A stretch of DNA of 64,000 nt from the NCBI GenBank assembly GCA_036172245.1, contig JAYWIR010000001.1, positions 10,912,001 through 10,976,000 of the forward strand. Direction: 5' to 3'. Positions within the stretch are counted from its first letter, which is position 1. Every line of letters begins with the position of its first letter. Position numbers and translations under genes: made by a program. Below, in pieces: positions 51,234 through 63,059 of this stretch. The DNA comes from Raillietiella orientalis (lineage: Eukaryota). The notes beneath the pieces were generated by a model. It did no database searches and had not been told where the DNA came from. It saw only the letters and a program-made list of their open reading frames with translations.

Positions 51234-51277
51234 TCACTTCTCGGTCTTTTGGCTAAGATCGAAGTGGCTAAGATCAA
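51234..51277 (+). pseudogene. U2: U2 snRNA 5' fragment (about nt 2-33) with duplicated GGCTAAGATC
   Basis: TCACTTCTCGGTCTTTTGGCTAAGATCGAAGTG vs U2 TCGCTTCTCGGCCTTTTGGCTAAGATCA(A)AGTG, then a second GCTAAGATCAA. Confidence 0.8.
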
Positions 51278-53131
51278 TCTTCTCACTTTTTCATGTTCCC
51301 ACTTTCCCATCCTTCTCCTCCCCCTCCTCTTTCTCCACATCCCGGTCCCTGCCGTGCCTCCCGAGAGTGAATACCACAGTACGGAGCCTCATCTGCTCGA
51401 AGATGCGGGGAGAGTCTCCCTGGTGTCGGAGTGGCGGCGCAGTGCCCCAGGACAACATGAACTTTCATTTCCCTTTTTGTTCCTTGTTTAGGTGATTTAC
51501 ACGAACAGAAAGGAGGAAGAAGAGTCAAGAGGGAACCTGCATTGCAGAGATGTCCGCTGCGCATCGCTTCAGTTACAGCATCCGCAGCAGACGTTCTTCT
51601 TGAGCTATTGAGAGTGACGTTCGAAATGATGTGCTTTCAGATTTTCGAGTGCTTGGTCTTCCTCGAGACCAAAGTGACTTCTTCCTTCTCTCCCTTCCTG
51701 GGTACCCTCCATCCCAGATCTCACTCCTGCATCTGAAGCCCTGATATGGTAATCTCTGCACGACTGCCCCCGGTGTTCCCCGACCATGCTCAGTTTCTCG
51801 ACCTGATCCAAGGGTCGCTACGGACTCGAGGACGTTGGGATGCGCCGACCGATTCTCAGGAGCACGGTGTGCCGACTGCACACCTCGGAGATAACAGTGA
51901 TGGTGAGGGCACACCTCTAAACGCGCAAACTCCAAAGCAGCGTGTGCGTAGCCGAATCCAAAAAAAATGCGGATAACAGTTGTGCAGTGCATGAATGTAC
52001 AATTCGTTAGAATACAATCGTACACTCCATGTAGGGTGAATGAAGCGACATTTTTCTGTATTTTTCTTTTTTCTGTCCGGCAGAAAATTTTCTTAAAGGG
52101 GTGGGGGAACACGTTGTTCCTTAGCCCCCTCCCTTCTATAGTGGAGTTCCAGAGCTTTCCGCAAGATGTCAGGGGAGCTGTCATTGCTTGAAGCAACCGT
52201 TCTGATGGGGAGGGCTTCTCAAAAGGTTACCGATTCGCCAAGAAGCCCAAAAGTAGACAATGCTATGTGAGGAGGGGGAAAAGGGGAGGATGGAACGAGC
52301 TCGCAGGAGTCCGAGGAGCCTCGATATGAGGATGGGACTCTGGATTGAGGAGAAGCCAGGTGCTGGACGATACGCGTAAGGCTATCGGAAAGAGGTAACA
52401 GTAAACCCGTGCGCTACTAAATTACGCTGTGCAATTATCCGGTAAGGACCGACGTCATTCACGACAGCCTCAGGAATCTTCTGGGAAACCGCAAATGGGG
52501 TTCTTGCTCGCGTTGTCCTGAAGGACGACGCGATATTGAACACAGAGAAGTTCGTGAAGCGAAAGAGGACCATCAGCAAGCTTTCTGGCCTTCCTGTAAC
52601 CGCTGCCTTCTGCTCTCTTTCGCACCTCCTAGAGCGCTCACCAATTGGATTTCCATCTGCCACATGAAGAACCACCCGTTCAGAAATTGAGGATGCCGAC
52701 AAGGACATCGAGGAAGGAGAGGAGTTCTTTGCCAGCAAGGGATGTGAGCTGCAGATTTGTGTCTCTAGATGCCAGAAAAGCAGGACTATTAGGCTGAGGC
52801 CACACGGAGCAGGAGACGGTAGAGGGATGCGTTATCACCTCTGCATCTGGTGTCCACTCCGCAAAGGTTTCTGGCGCACGAAAAAAGCGTGTGGTGCAAC
52901 ACACGCTGAGCAGGGCGATTCCACGTTCCATTGGGTCTGCGTACGTTCGAGCAAATTCAACGATGCGCATGGGTGTGCGTGTACGCATGCATGCCTATCG
53001 CTTCTTCGGAGTGAGGTCGACGCGTATCGGGCAAGTGTTTGGGCAATGCCCTAGCATTCCTCAGGGCAGCTTCTGGAACACGTGGCACGCTTCGCGTGCA
53101 ATGCAAGCAGCCCTCACGGGCGCCACGGTGT

Positions 53132-56100
53132 TTATCACCCGGATATGCCGCGGCATTTATTATTAAAATTTTCATCATAAAAATTTCATAATAAAGTCTC
53201 AACGTTATGTGAAGGCAGAACACGTGGTTCTGCCTGTCTTAACACACTTGCCGCTGCCGGCCCGCAGGCTTCTGAGGTCCACTATGGAGGCGATGGGGAA
53301 GGGAAAACCACAAAGGAAAATAAAAAATCAAACAAAAATCAAGGGAAGGGAAATGTTTCAGGAGAGGGGAGGGCTGGGAAGGGATCACTGTTCGCTCCGA
53401 GGGGTCCTCTGCATCCTCTTCAGGATGCGGACAAGTGCTGGACGTAATGTTCTTAGCCGGAACCATCGGGAAGCTTTCTCAATGTTGAGAGCCGCCCAGT
53501 GAATGGAGTTCCGAATGTTATGTCCTCTCCTGGACGCAGTCCATTTTTCCAGGATCCCGCGTATGCAGCAGAGAACTGCTACACACGCGGCTGCTGGCAG
53601 GGCGTCCTGCATCAGGAGGCGACGGAAAATGTCCTTCGGGTCGCCCCCGGGAATGTCCAAGATCGACAACAGTCGATCCCACATGGGTCGAAGGGCGGCA
53701 CACTCGATGATAAGGTGGAGAAAGGTCTCCCGTTCCCCGCACCCCGCACAATTGGCATCCACAGTCCCGAATGTCCAATGGGAGAGGCGTGCTTTGCAAA
53801 GGAGTCTCCAATGGAACACCAGCAGTGCCGTCTCCTGCCATTCCAGGGAGAGAGTACGACTATCCCAGCACGCTGGGGACCACTTCACCTCCTCCGGAGG
53901 TATGCCGAGTAGCTCGCCCCAGCGCCCTACTCCTCTAGACGGGACGCTCGGAGTCGCAGTGTCCGCTAACTCCTGAGTCGTCCACGCCTTCAGTGGTTTT
54001 CTCCCGCCTCGGATGAGGCAGGAAACTTCCCACAATGCTCATTCGTTGCTGTTCCTGATGTTCTTGAGGGAGGACAGCACGGGGACAAGGGTGGTCGAAG
54101 AAACTCACAGAAACTTCCGCGGGTTGTTGATTATATCCTGCAGGGGCTGTCGAGCGTTGGGTCCTCGACGGAGACAGTTGTACTCCACCTCGCTCGTGCC
54201 GTTGATCTTGGCCCACGCGGAAACTGACTCCTGCAGCCAGGCAGTGCAGTTTGCGGGGAGACAGGAGATCCAGGTGTTCTTCCTCATCGAGGCGACCATC
54301 TGGCGCAGGTCACGGCCACAGTTGCTGAGGCTGCGCTGGTATGCCACGAGGATCGAGGACAATCCTTCGCAACCGGTCGCTCTGCTGGCGAGGAGTCGTG
54401 CGGGTTCGCACTAGGGCGTCTTCCAAAACTTCGCCGCAAGGGCGAGTCTTCAGAACTGGAGCTGCCGCTCCATGCGCTCCAGCATCAGGAGGCCTAATCC
54501 ACCATCCCTGCGTGGATTGCACATGTCTTTCAATCGGACACGGGACCTCCCTGTGTCCCAAAGGTGTTTCCTTAGGAGGACTTCGGTCCTTTGTTTCATG
54601 ATCGGTGGAGGGGGCAAACAAAAAGTAGGGGGCGAAGGAGGGGGGCCGCGAAGGCGTTCCACACCGCGGCCCGTTCTGGCAAGTAAAACTTGCCGTCCCG
54701 GAACGGGCCGATCGCCAATTCCACTTTTCGGAGAAGGTACTTGATAACGGAACGCCAAGGTACTTGATGTACCCATCCGTGGGGATCCCCAACCGGATCC
54801 AGTCCGGCCGGCCGCCCCACGACGTATTCGTAATGACGATTTCTCCCTGTTCACCTCCAGGCCCGTCCCGCGGCGCAGCAGCTCAAAGAAGTCTTCGAGC
54901 GCCGATACCGGGGTGGACCCAGGGAACAGGAGAAGAAGGTCGTCGGCATAGGCTGACACGGCAGGCATGCCGGGACACGAGCTCGGCAGGGTTGCCAGAG
55001 TCTCCCTGTATGCCCTCAGCAGCAACTCGAAGTAGATGCTGAAGAGCAGGGGGCTCAGGCTGTCACCCTGCCTTATGCCACGGCGAACCGGAACGCCGTA
55101 CACGTGTTGGCCGCTGAAAGTAATGTTGATTAGATCGAAGCGCCAGCAGGAGAGCAGGTAAGCCAGGAAGAAGTCCGGAAATCCCAACTGTTTCAGGAGC
55201 TCCAGAAGGAGTTCCTGGTCGAGGCAGTCTAAAGCTTTCGAGATGGCCCCACCTGGATCCGCGAATACAGAAAGAGCTTGCGAGCATCCTGCGAAGGATG
55301 CAACGGCCTTAACAGTAACTGTGATCCCTTCCTGTACCCTCCCACTTCTTCTTTTTTTTTTGTTTAGTTTTTTGTTTTCCCCCTTCCCCCTGCTGCCGTC
55401 GTGGACCGTACCGGTCTGCGAACCGGTGACCCGGCAGGCTCTGTGTTTCTTCGTGCGTAGCTGGTGCAATGGTCCAGCCACTGCACGTCTTTGTTAAAGT
55501 TTGTTTTTATAATAAACGCCCTGGCGAAACCCGGGTGAAAATCGAAATCTTTACGCAAATCGACTGCAACAGCGAGGGCTCCGGGCACGGCTCTTCCACC
55601 AAGGGTTTCCCCTCCCTGGCCACAGGAGAATCCAGGATTCTCTTAAACTCCCTGTGCTTCGCGTTGTTGCAACTGCCACCATGTACTAGCAAGGAACAGG
55701 TTGGCCTCCATGGATCGTCCTGGAACAGCGTACGTCTGCTCCGGACTCACCACGGATTCCGCCACCCGTCCCAGTCGCTCAGCCCAAAGCTTGGCAAGCA
55801 ACTTCGCATCCGCATTCACTACTGTGATGGGACGCCAGTTGCCTACGTTGCGTGTGTCTCCTTGTTTTGGCAGGAGACGTACTTTAGCTGACCGGAACGA
55901 CATGGGGACATCCCCTTGTTCTCGGATCAGCGTGCATAGTTTGTGCACCAGGGGCTACCAGCTCCGCCGCGAAGCGTTGGTAAAATTCCGCGGGCAGGCC
56001 GTCTTTATCTGGTGCCATACGTTCTTGAGCTTTCCGATGGCAGAGATGATCTCCTCCATCGAGAAAGGCTCCTGCAGGTGTTGGCGATCTTCCTCCTTCA

Positions 56101-57042
56101 ACGCGTGTGCGCCCTCCGGCAGCAATCTCTACACAAAGGCGCGCTCTGCTGTTCCCCGCGCATATAAAGAGTGAAAATCCCGTAAGATGCGGATCACCTG
56201 TGCTGGGGCAGAGCATTCTCGGCCTTGGACGTCCAGCAAGCTGGCCGACCTGGATTACCAGGCCTGTCTCTCAGCCCCAGCTTTATATTCCGCCAGGCGT
56301 CGGACGTCGGGATTCCTGGAGTGAGGACGGGCATGTAGGTTCGCGCCGTCATTCCTTAATCCTTCGCCGAAACCTGGAGGAAGACGGTCCAGGGGAAAAT
56401 GGTCTCAGAACTCGCGGACTGAGCTCTTCATTACGTCCCAGTCCGCGAGCATCTGCAGATGGAATCCTCGCAGGAATTCGCGGAGGTGGTTCGCTGCTCC
56501 TGAGAGGCGCAACCAGTCCCCTAACAGACGCCACGTTTGCGAGGGCGGGCCTCTTCCGCCCGGGTGTATCTAGAGCACAAGCCGGAGGACAACTCGGACG
56601 GCAATGCTCCCCGATTTCCCAACCATGTGCACAGGTGATGGTCGAGGAACATGTGGTCGATCCTTGTCTCCGTCCCAGCGTCACCTGCCAACAAGTTGCG
56701 CGCATGCATTGCTGCGCACATCTCGTTGACCAGTTGTGCTCGTGTTCCGGGTGCACCTGTCAGCAGGAGGACTTAAAGTCCCCGGCAATCAGGTGCGCCC
56801 TTCGAACGTCTGTTTCAGCCAGCCAATCTCGCCGCAGGCCTTCGAAGAACGCAGTGCATTCTGTGGGGCTGTGGCTATCGCGTGGCGCGTACAAGTTCGT
56901 AATCACGAGGTCGATCTCGTAGGACCACTTGATGGCAAGTTGCTCAACTTGACCTTCCCCGTCGAACTGCATGTCGCGCAGCGCATGACCGACGGCTGGC
57001 TTCAGCAAAAAAGCCACACCGCGGGTGCAGTCTTGTCCACTT
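53132..57042 (-). mobile_element. 5'-truncated L1/Tx1-like retrotransposon, copy H (APE-RT-zf ORF2 pseudogene + 3' UTR) with a 12-bp TSD
   Basis: TRGVAFLLK..NLYAP..IAGDF; TRIDHMF; DGLPAEFY; NWRPITVVN; VDLRKDFD; RGIRQGDSLSPLLF; AYADDL; KYLG; NCAGCGERETFLHLIIEC. TSD GCGCCACGGTGT at 53120-53131 and 57043-57054. Confidence 0.92.
55245..55541 (+). mobile_element. 5'-truncated L1/Tx1-like 3' end, copy I, inserted antisense into RT motif A of copy H
   Basis: Colinear with 4362-4655; ends AATAAAcgccctggcgaaacccgggtgaaaa; flanked by degenerate duplicates TCTAAAGCTTTCG (55228-55240) and TCGAAATCTTTACG (55542-55555). Confidence 0.88.
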
Positions 57043-60000
57043 GCGCCACGGTGTACATCTGGAAGTGCAGATTTATGCTGCAGATAACGCAGAATACCTG
57101 CCTTCCTTTTCACAAGATGCAAGGAGGATCAACCGGAAAAGATGTAGGTCAGGACGTGGGATAAATTCCTTCTTCGCGAATTCAGAAAAAAAAGGAAGTG
57201 GGCGAGATGTTTTTCAGCAGAAGGGGATCAAAAGCACCACCACCACTACCACCACCAACAAAAGCATGAGGGAAGGCAGTAGTAGGTGGATTCAATATGG
57301 CAGAAGCTGCTGTGCTAGGTAGCTCCTAGGCAATCATCAGCTGCGTGAAGTTTGGGCAGGCAAAGAGCTGACCAAAAAATGTTGCAGTTCGGAAACTGTG
57401 CCATCCTCATTCCATTCTGGCTTTTGACTCGGACAAGACTGTGGAAAAGTTGGACCACTAAGGAAGGAAAGGAGGGAGGAGGGAGGAACTCACCAAAGGG
57501 AAGAAGAAGTTCCTTCGAAAGAAAGAGCCGCGAATCTGAAATGGAGGAGGCAGCGGCAAAGGAACAGAAAGATGCCCGAAGGCTCGCGGAGGAAGATCGA
57601 AAGCGAAAGTTGCTCTTGGCATGCCGACGTTCTTTTCGGGGTGGGCAGGGTGGCGAGCATACGCTGCGACTGTAGCGACAACTTTTTTCTCATTGCCCTA
57701 AGTTGTGCCTCTCCACCCAAGGGCGCTGCTGCCGCTCATGTTACACAGACTTCAGCATCCCTTTAGCATCCCTTCAAGAGGTGAGATCCTACCCACCGTG
57801 CAAATCTGCTTCCTTGGGAAATTTTTGTTTCCATTTTCTCACGCCAACGAGGATGAAGTTCCTTCTTTGCTTCTGACGACAGACAACGCGCCTTCCGAAA
57901 GGTAGCAGATGTAGAATAAGAGATGGCGCCTTTGAAACCGAGCGCTGAAGTGCTCAGCGGATGACAAATGGCTCACGCCGTAATGTGGGATCCTTTCGAG
58001 ATGCGCATGCACGCTGCTCCGGTCTTGTTCCTCGAGAGGGCAGAAGTTTCCCCTCACAGCTCAGCTTCCAGGGGCGGTCCACGTGGGAAACCGCGCGGAA
58101 ACGTGGTTCACGTGGCAGCGAAGTCCACGGAAGAAGAAGACAAATCCACAAGTCGTGCAGCTGCTGTATGCATTCTCACACCCGCGAAGTTTCACCATCC
58201 GTGCTGGTCTTCGAGTCCACTCTCCCGCGGCATGTCCGCGAACACACACAGATCCACGTAAACCCATATAAGAATCCCTTCCAATCCTGCGTTGCGTGGC
58301 GATCTACAAACCGTTCGAGAGTAGGGCTCGTGGCTGAGGAAGGCTGCTGAGTAAACACGTTAATCTGGAAGGGGTGCAGGTCTGCTCACATCCATTCAGG
58401 TCCAGGAAGGATGCAGTGATGGAGGGGGAAGATTTATGATATGGAGGGTTGGGCGGCCACGGGCAGCGAACGTGAGCTGCACGGCGGGTTCATTAAACCC
58501 GCACGAAACTGCAAGCATTCCCAGCGTAGACAGACCTTTCTGTGGAACCCCGTCTTATAGGATCGAATCAGCTCAGTAGATTTGTCCAGCTTGGCTTCCC
58601 GACACCGCGAGTTTTCGTTCTTCCTTTTTTTTGGCTTACCCTTTGGAAAGGCCCTCCTATTTGTGAACGGAATCTGCAGCTCATGGTGATGGTTCGATGG
58701 CTACCCCATTCCAGACGCCGCAAAGCATGCAGAGGACCTTGGAAGTTTGACGACTTTCCTGAACAACAACTCATGCCCAAGGGCCTGCAAAACAGTAAAG
58801 TCAGAAAGGACTCTGTGCGTAGAACCGACCTTCAGTTTTAATCTCCTTATGGAGAGACCTAGAAAGAAGAAACTATGAAGGTAAATGATTTACCGAAGGT
58901 AAGTCATTCACCTCTTACTCTGAAGGTGAAGATTACCTCGGGAAGAATGCGGAAGAGTGAAGTAAGAATGGTCAGCAGAGCATGCAGGGACCTTTGAGAA
59001 CCTTTGGAACTCTGGATCGAGAGATACCCTAACAGATGGCTCCAGGTTGTGGATCTTCGAGAAGATAACAAGGAGCTACTCGTAAGGATTATACCACACG
59101 ACATCTTATAAAACCCTTAAAAGAATGGGTTCTTCTACTGCGGTCTTGGGGGGACATCTTCTGTGCAAACAAAATGAAAAAAAAAAAAAAGGGAGTAGTG
59201 TCCTGAGATCCATTCAAGAGGGGGTGTCCAAACTCCATAGAATGACCGAGATACTCCGTTCACAACGACGGAAGGATCAAATAGTAACACGGTTGCCAAG
59301 TTTTTTGCCTTTCTTCCTGCGTTTCGAGTCACAAGGCAGAGACGAACCGCAACATCCAGGTTGTCAGATGCATCTGAAACTAGAGGTCCTTCTATTCCAA
59401 GGAGCACAAGAACCCAGCGACTGACTATAAAGGAGGATAGGGGCCTACGGGGGCAAAGTCATCTTCTCTGAACATTGCGCCGGCGCACAGAGAGCGGTTC
59501 CAACCAGCATCTAAGAGGAAGAAGAAAAGACGAGGAGCCGATTTACTCTTCGTTGTCTGGTGAACGAAGGAGCATTTATGATCTTCAGTTCCTGATCTTC
59601 AATTGTTTCGTAAGTTCTCTTGGCCTACTCTCTTGACCCTTTGGGTGCGGAGTTCATCAGATGTAAACGCCCATGTTGACGGCACGCGAGTCGCAGTGGC
59701 GATCCCTGTGGACGGCGTGCTTTTTCGCGTGCCGCGCACGCGATCGAGGAACCGACTGACTATAGAAAGTGATCATTAAAGTTGCTATTGTAATTGTTTA
59801 TTCACACCACATTAAATAAAATGTTTTCATTTTTGCCAAACACATTTTTTTTTATTTTTGTGTCTATATTTGGCTATTCTATTATCTACAATATTTTCAT
59901 ATCTTCAGAATTAGATGACGATGATAAGCATAGGGATATTTTCACAATTTCATCGTCATATTCTTCATTCGAATCCGACTCTTCATCTATTTCACTGCTG

Positions 60001-60192
60001 TCTCCTGTAATAATCTCTTCAAAATTATTCGAAATTTTTAAGATATCACAAAGATAAAAAACAACATAATGAATTATGTACGACACCGAGAAAAAACGAG
60101 AATAGTAAGCCGATATTATGTTTACTGTCGTTGCTAAGGAAATTATGAGAACGTGAGTGCATGCATCATCTCAAACATTGATGATCTTAACT

Positions 60193-60828
60193 CAGTGCTT
60201 CCCAAAGTGGGCGGCACCGCCCACCCCGTGGTGGGCGCTGGAACGATTCAGGGGGACGATAGTAGCCTCAAGTGCAATTGGGGGGAGTTGAATAGAAATA
60301 GAGGGGAAAGAATAAGGAAAGAGGAGAAGATGAGGAAATTTTAAAAAAAACATCCGTACACGTTTTATCTGTACTATAGGAGTTGGGTCGTAGTTGGGTT
60401 AGGCACTTTGTCTCCCAAATAAAATGCAGGTTGTAATCGATTCGTGGTCAAGTCTGCCGACGGGTCTCATCAAGAAAGTGTTGGCTGACGAGCGTGTCGC
60501 GCATTTCCGGAATCCGATCCAGCATGCATCTGCAGGAATGCGTGCGTGCAATTACTTGTGTACAATGCCATACTATTAATAGGCAAAATTATGAAATCAA
60601 ATTGAGATGGTCTCTGAGCTGTGTGAGAAGCAGCTAAAAAGAGTAAAAGCGCATCAATTTTCCACAATAGTTTTGATAAAAGAGCAAGTTACACGTGAGT
60701 ATATATATCAGGGCTTCCCAAAGTGGGTGATACCTTCCCCCGGTGGGCGCTGGGACGATTCAGAGGGGCACTGAGTAATTTTTTATCTGAAAAAGGTGCG
60801 GTAGGCCAAATCAGTTTGGGAAGCACTG
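60193..60828. mobile_element. Non-autonomous hAT (Charlie-like) DNA transposon
   Basis: Perfect 14-bp TIRs CAGTGCTTCCCAAA / TTTGGGAAGCACTG; 8-bp flanks TCTTAACT and TGTTATGT (5/8 match, central TA); internal repeat of the left end at 60709. Confidence 0.85.
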
Positions 60829-61089
60829 TGTTATGTCGCATGTACAAGGCAAAGACATTTGCCAGACGCATAGATGCGTTCATAGCCCTCAAAGGGTTAA
60901 TATTAGGAAAGCATTCGTGATGGGCAGGAAATGAGATGCAGGGATTCACTCAGCCTCTTTCCAGAATCGGCGCGATTTGAACACACACAAATCTCCAAGG
61001 TCACGGAGATGGGTCGGCATGGTCCGATTGGAACGCTTTTCAGAAAACCGACCGCAGACCACTGTTGGAGTTTCACGCGCAGCGTGGGG

Positions 61090-61270
61090 GGAATCGCCCC
61101 ATGGCAGCCCTCAACATGAGTAAGACTGCCAGATGGCCTCACCTAGAAGAAGAAGAGGTCAAGAAGGAGATCGTCGGCATCCAGCTTCGGTTTTGGAAAG
61201 AAGAAACGGCCATCGCCGGTGACCCGTGTTGCTACCCTCCCTTTATTTATTCATTTTTTAAAACTTACTC
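61090..61270 (+). mobile_element. L1/Tx1-like ORF2 C-terminal fragment, copy K
   Basis: AALNMSKTARWPHLEEEEVKKEIVGIQLRF parallels the copy D terminus SANMSSAAKWAHLPEGVRREIAGIHRRF. Confidence 0.7.
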
Positions 61271-62259
61271 CCTCCCACTCCTTCCGGACATTTCCCGGTT
61301 TTCCAATAAGGAACGAGGCAAATCCAAGACTTTGTTTCTGCTCTCCTCTCCACGTTTACTTCCTATTCCCTTCCTCCTGTTCCGGACTTTTCGAAATCTC
61401 GACTTGCATCTCGCTGTACCCTGTCTCCTCTCGAACTTCCTTTCTTTCTTCACGATGCTCTTGCTGTTTCGAAAGCATTTTTTTCCCCAATTGCCTGCTT
61501 ATTCTTCGCAAAGAAACGCATCGTCGTCACCGGGTGGCCATCTGCAGACCACGGTGCTTCGTCACATCCTACCCCAACAGCAAGTTCCATGTGAAGCCTT
61601 GGCAACGACCGAAACGAGGATGGACGTAGTTCGAGAGTCAGAGGGCACAACTTTCTCTTTGGCTCATTCTAACACGATCTGATTTTGGACCCACCGGCGT
61701 GACACTTCGTTGCTTTCGTAGATTCCTGGAAACCATCCGACGCGGGAAGGATACCTGCTCTCAGCTCGAGGTCAGATACCACAGCTACCGGGCACTGTTC
61801 TCTACCACGCGCAAGTGCTCACCATTGAATCCGAGCACGCAGAAGAACAGGACACCTTTCCTTTTTCGAAGGTTTCCAAAACCTCCTGGTCCTGTTTACT
61901 GCCTCCTGGTGTGACGCCGGGGCGTTCATTTTCCAATAAGAAAAAATGAACAGAATAGGGCGTCGTCCTGCAAAATCCCACGAGCTCACGAGAGGAGATG
62001 TGACCACTTCCTTGCAGGTTAGCTACAGAGCAGGACAGGGGGGCAAGAAATCAGTGGATAAATAAGAGAGGGAAGAGAGCACAGTGAACTCCCGCCAGGT
62101 CTTCTGAGAGCGATGCGGGCGGTAGTTCTTCCTACACTCGTTGCTTCGGATGAGACCATTTCCTCACCACTGAGGAGGAAGGCGTGTGGCCTTCCTTCCT
62201 CGATGGCGCGCTTCTCGAGAAAAATCGAAATCCACGCTCCTCCTGACATAACACAGGGT

Positions 62260-62903
62260 TCGCCAGGTACTGAAGAACCGTTCGCCTCCTTGTGGGGGGT
62301 CACGAAGCTCTTTGACCCTGTCCACGCCACCTGAGGGTGCATATCACTATTCTAGTTAGGGAGAAACTCCGGAGAACTAACCTAAGAAGACTCCGGAGGG
62401 AGGAGTTGGTTCCTCTCATGCTTGGTAGGGGAACCCCGAATAAAAACAGATTATTTATCATCTCTGGAGGGATCCCCTGGAAAGGGTGCGCTCCTGGAAT
62501 TCCTTCTCCGGAGGGATCCCGCAAAGGAATGGCTCTTCCTTTCCTCCTCCGAGAGAACCCAGAAGAGACGCTTCTTAATTTCTCTGGAGGGGTGCTCCCC
62601 GAAGGGAGCAGCGCGCTCTTTGACACTCTGGAGAGGCGGACCCCCGAAGGTGGTATCAACCAGACCTGTGGTACGGCTCCATTTCCACAACCAAAGGGGG
62701 ACTCTGAAAGGAACCGACTCCTTGGTTTCTGGAAGGACTCCGGGGAGTCAGCTTCCAATCCCGGCCAGTTAACAGGGACGTTCGGCTTCAGCCGGTGCCG
62801 CACCCCAACAGGCCAACCAGTGTCATCTTGCGGGGAGACTCGAAACCCACGACGCACCCATTTCTCTGGCATTTATCCTCCACGTGGGAATTCGAACCCT
62901 CAC
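62260..62903 (-). repeat. tRNA-headed dispersed repeat family, copy S5 (head broken just upstream of the B box)
   Basis: On +: GAAGAACCGTTCGCCTCCTTGTGGGGGGTCACGAAGCTC ... monomers ... GTGGGAATTCGAACCC. Confidence 0.8.
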
Positions 62904-63059
62904 AAAGCTTGGTATTGGGCACATAGATGCCCAATACCAAGCTTTCTCTTCCTCATTCTTCCCAAGGCTACCACCACCTTCGGAGTTTCTTCTTTCCAAG
63001 TCTTTCTATGAGGAGGTCTGAAAACTGAAGGTCGTTTCTCCTTACAGGGTGTCCTTTCC

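Noticed and set aside
57900-59500. Possible further RT remnant (DYLGK etc.)
   Set aside because: Motifs too degenerate to support a call.
59790-60100. piggyBac-like acidic N-terminus (EEIITGDSSEIDEESDSNEEYDDE)
   Set aside because: Only a low-complexity acidic stretch; no TTAA-flanked TIR or catalytic domain seen.
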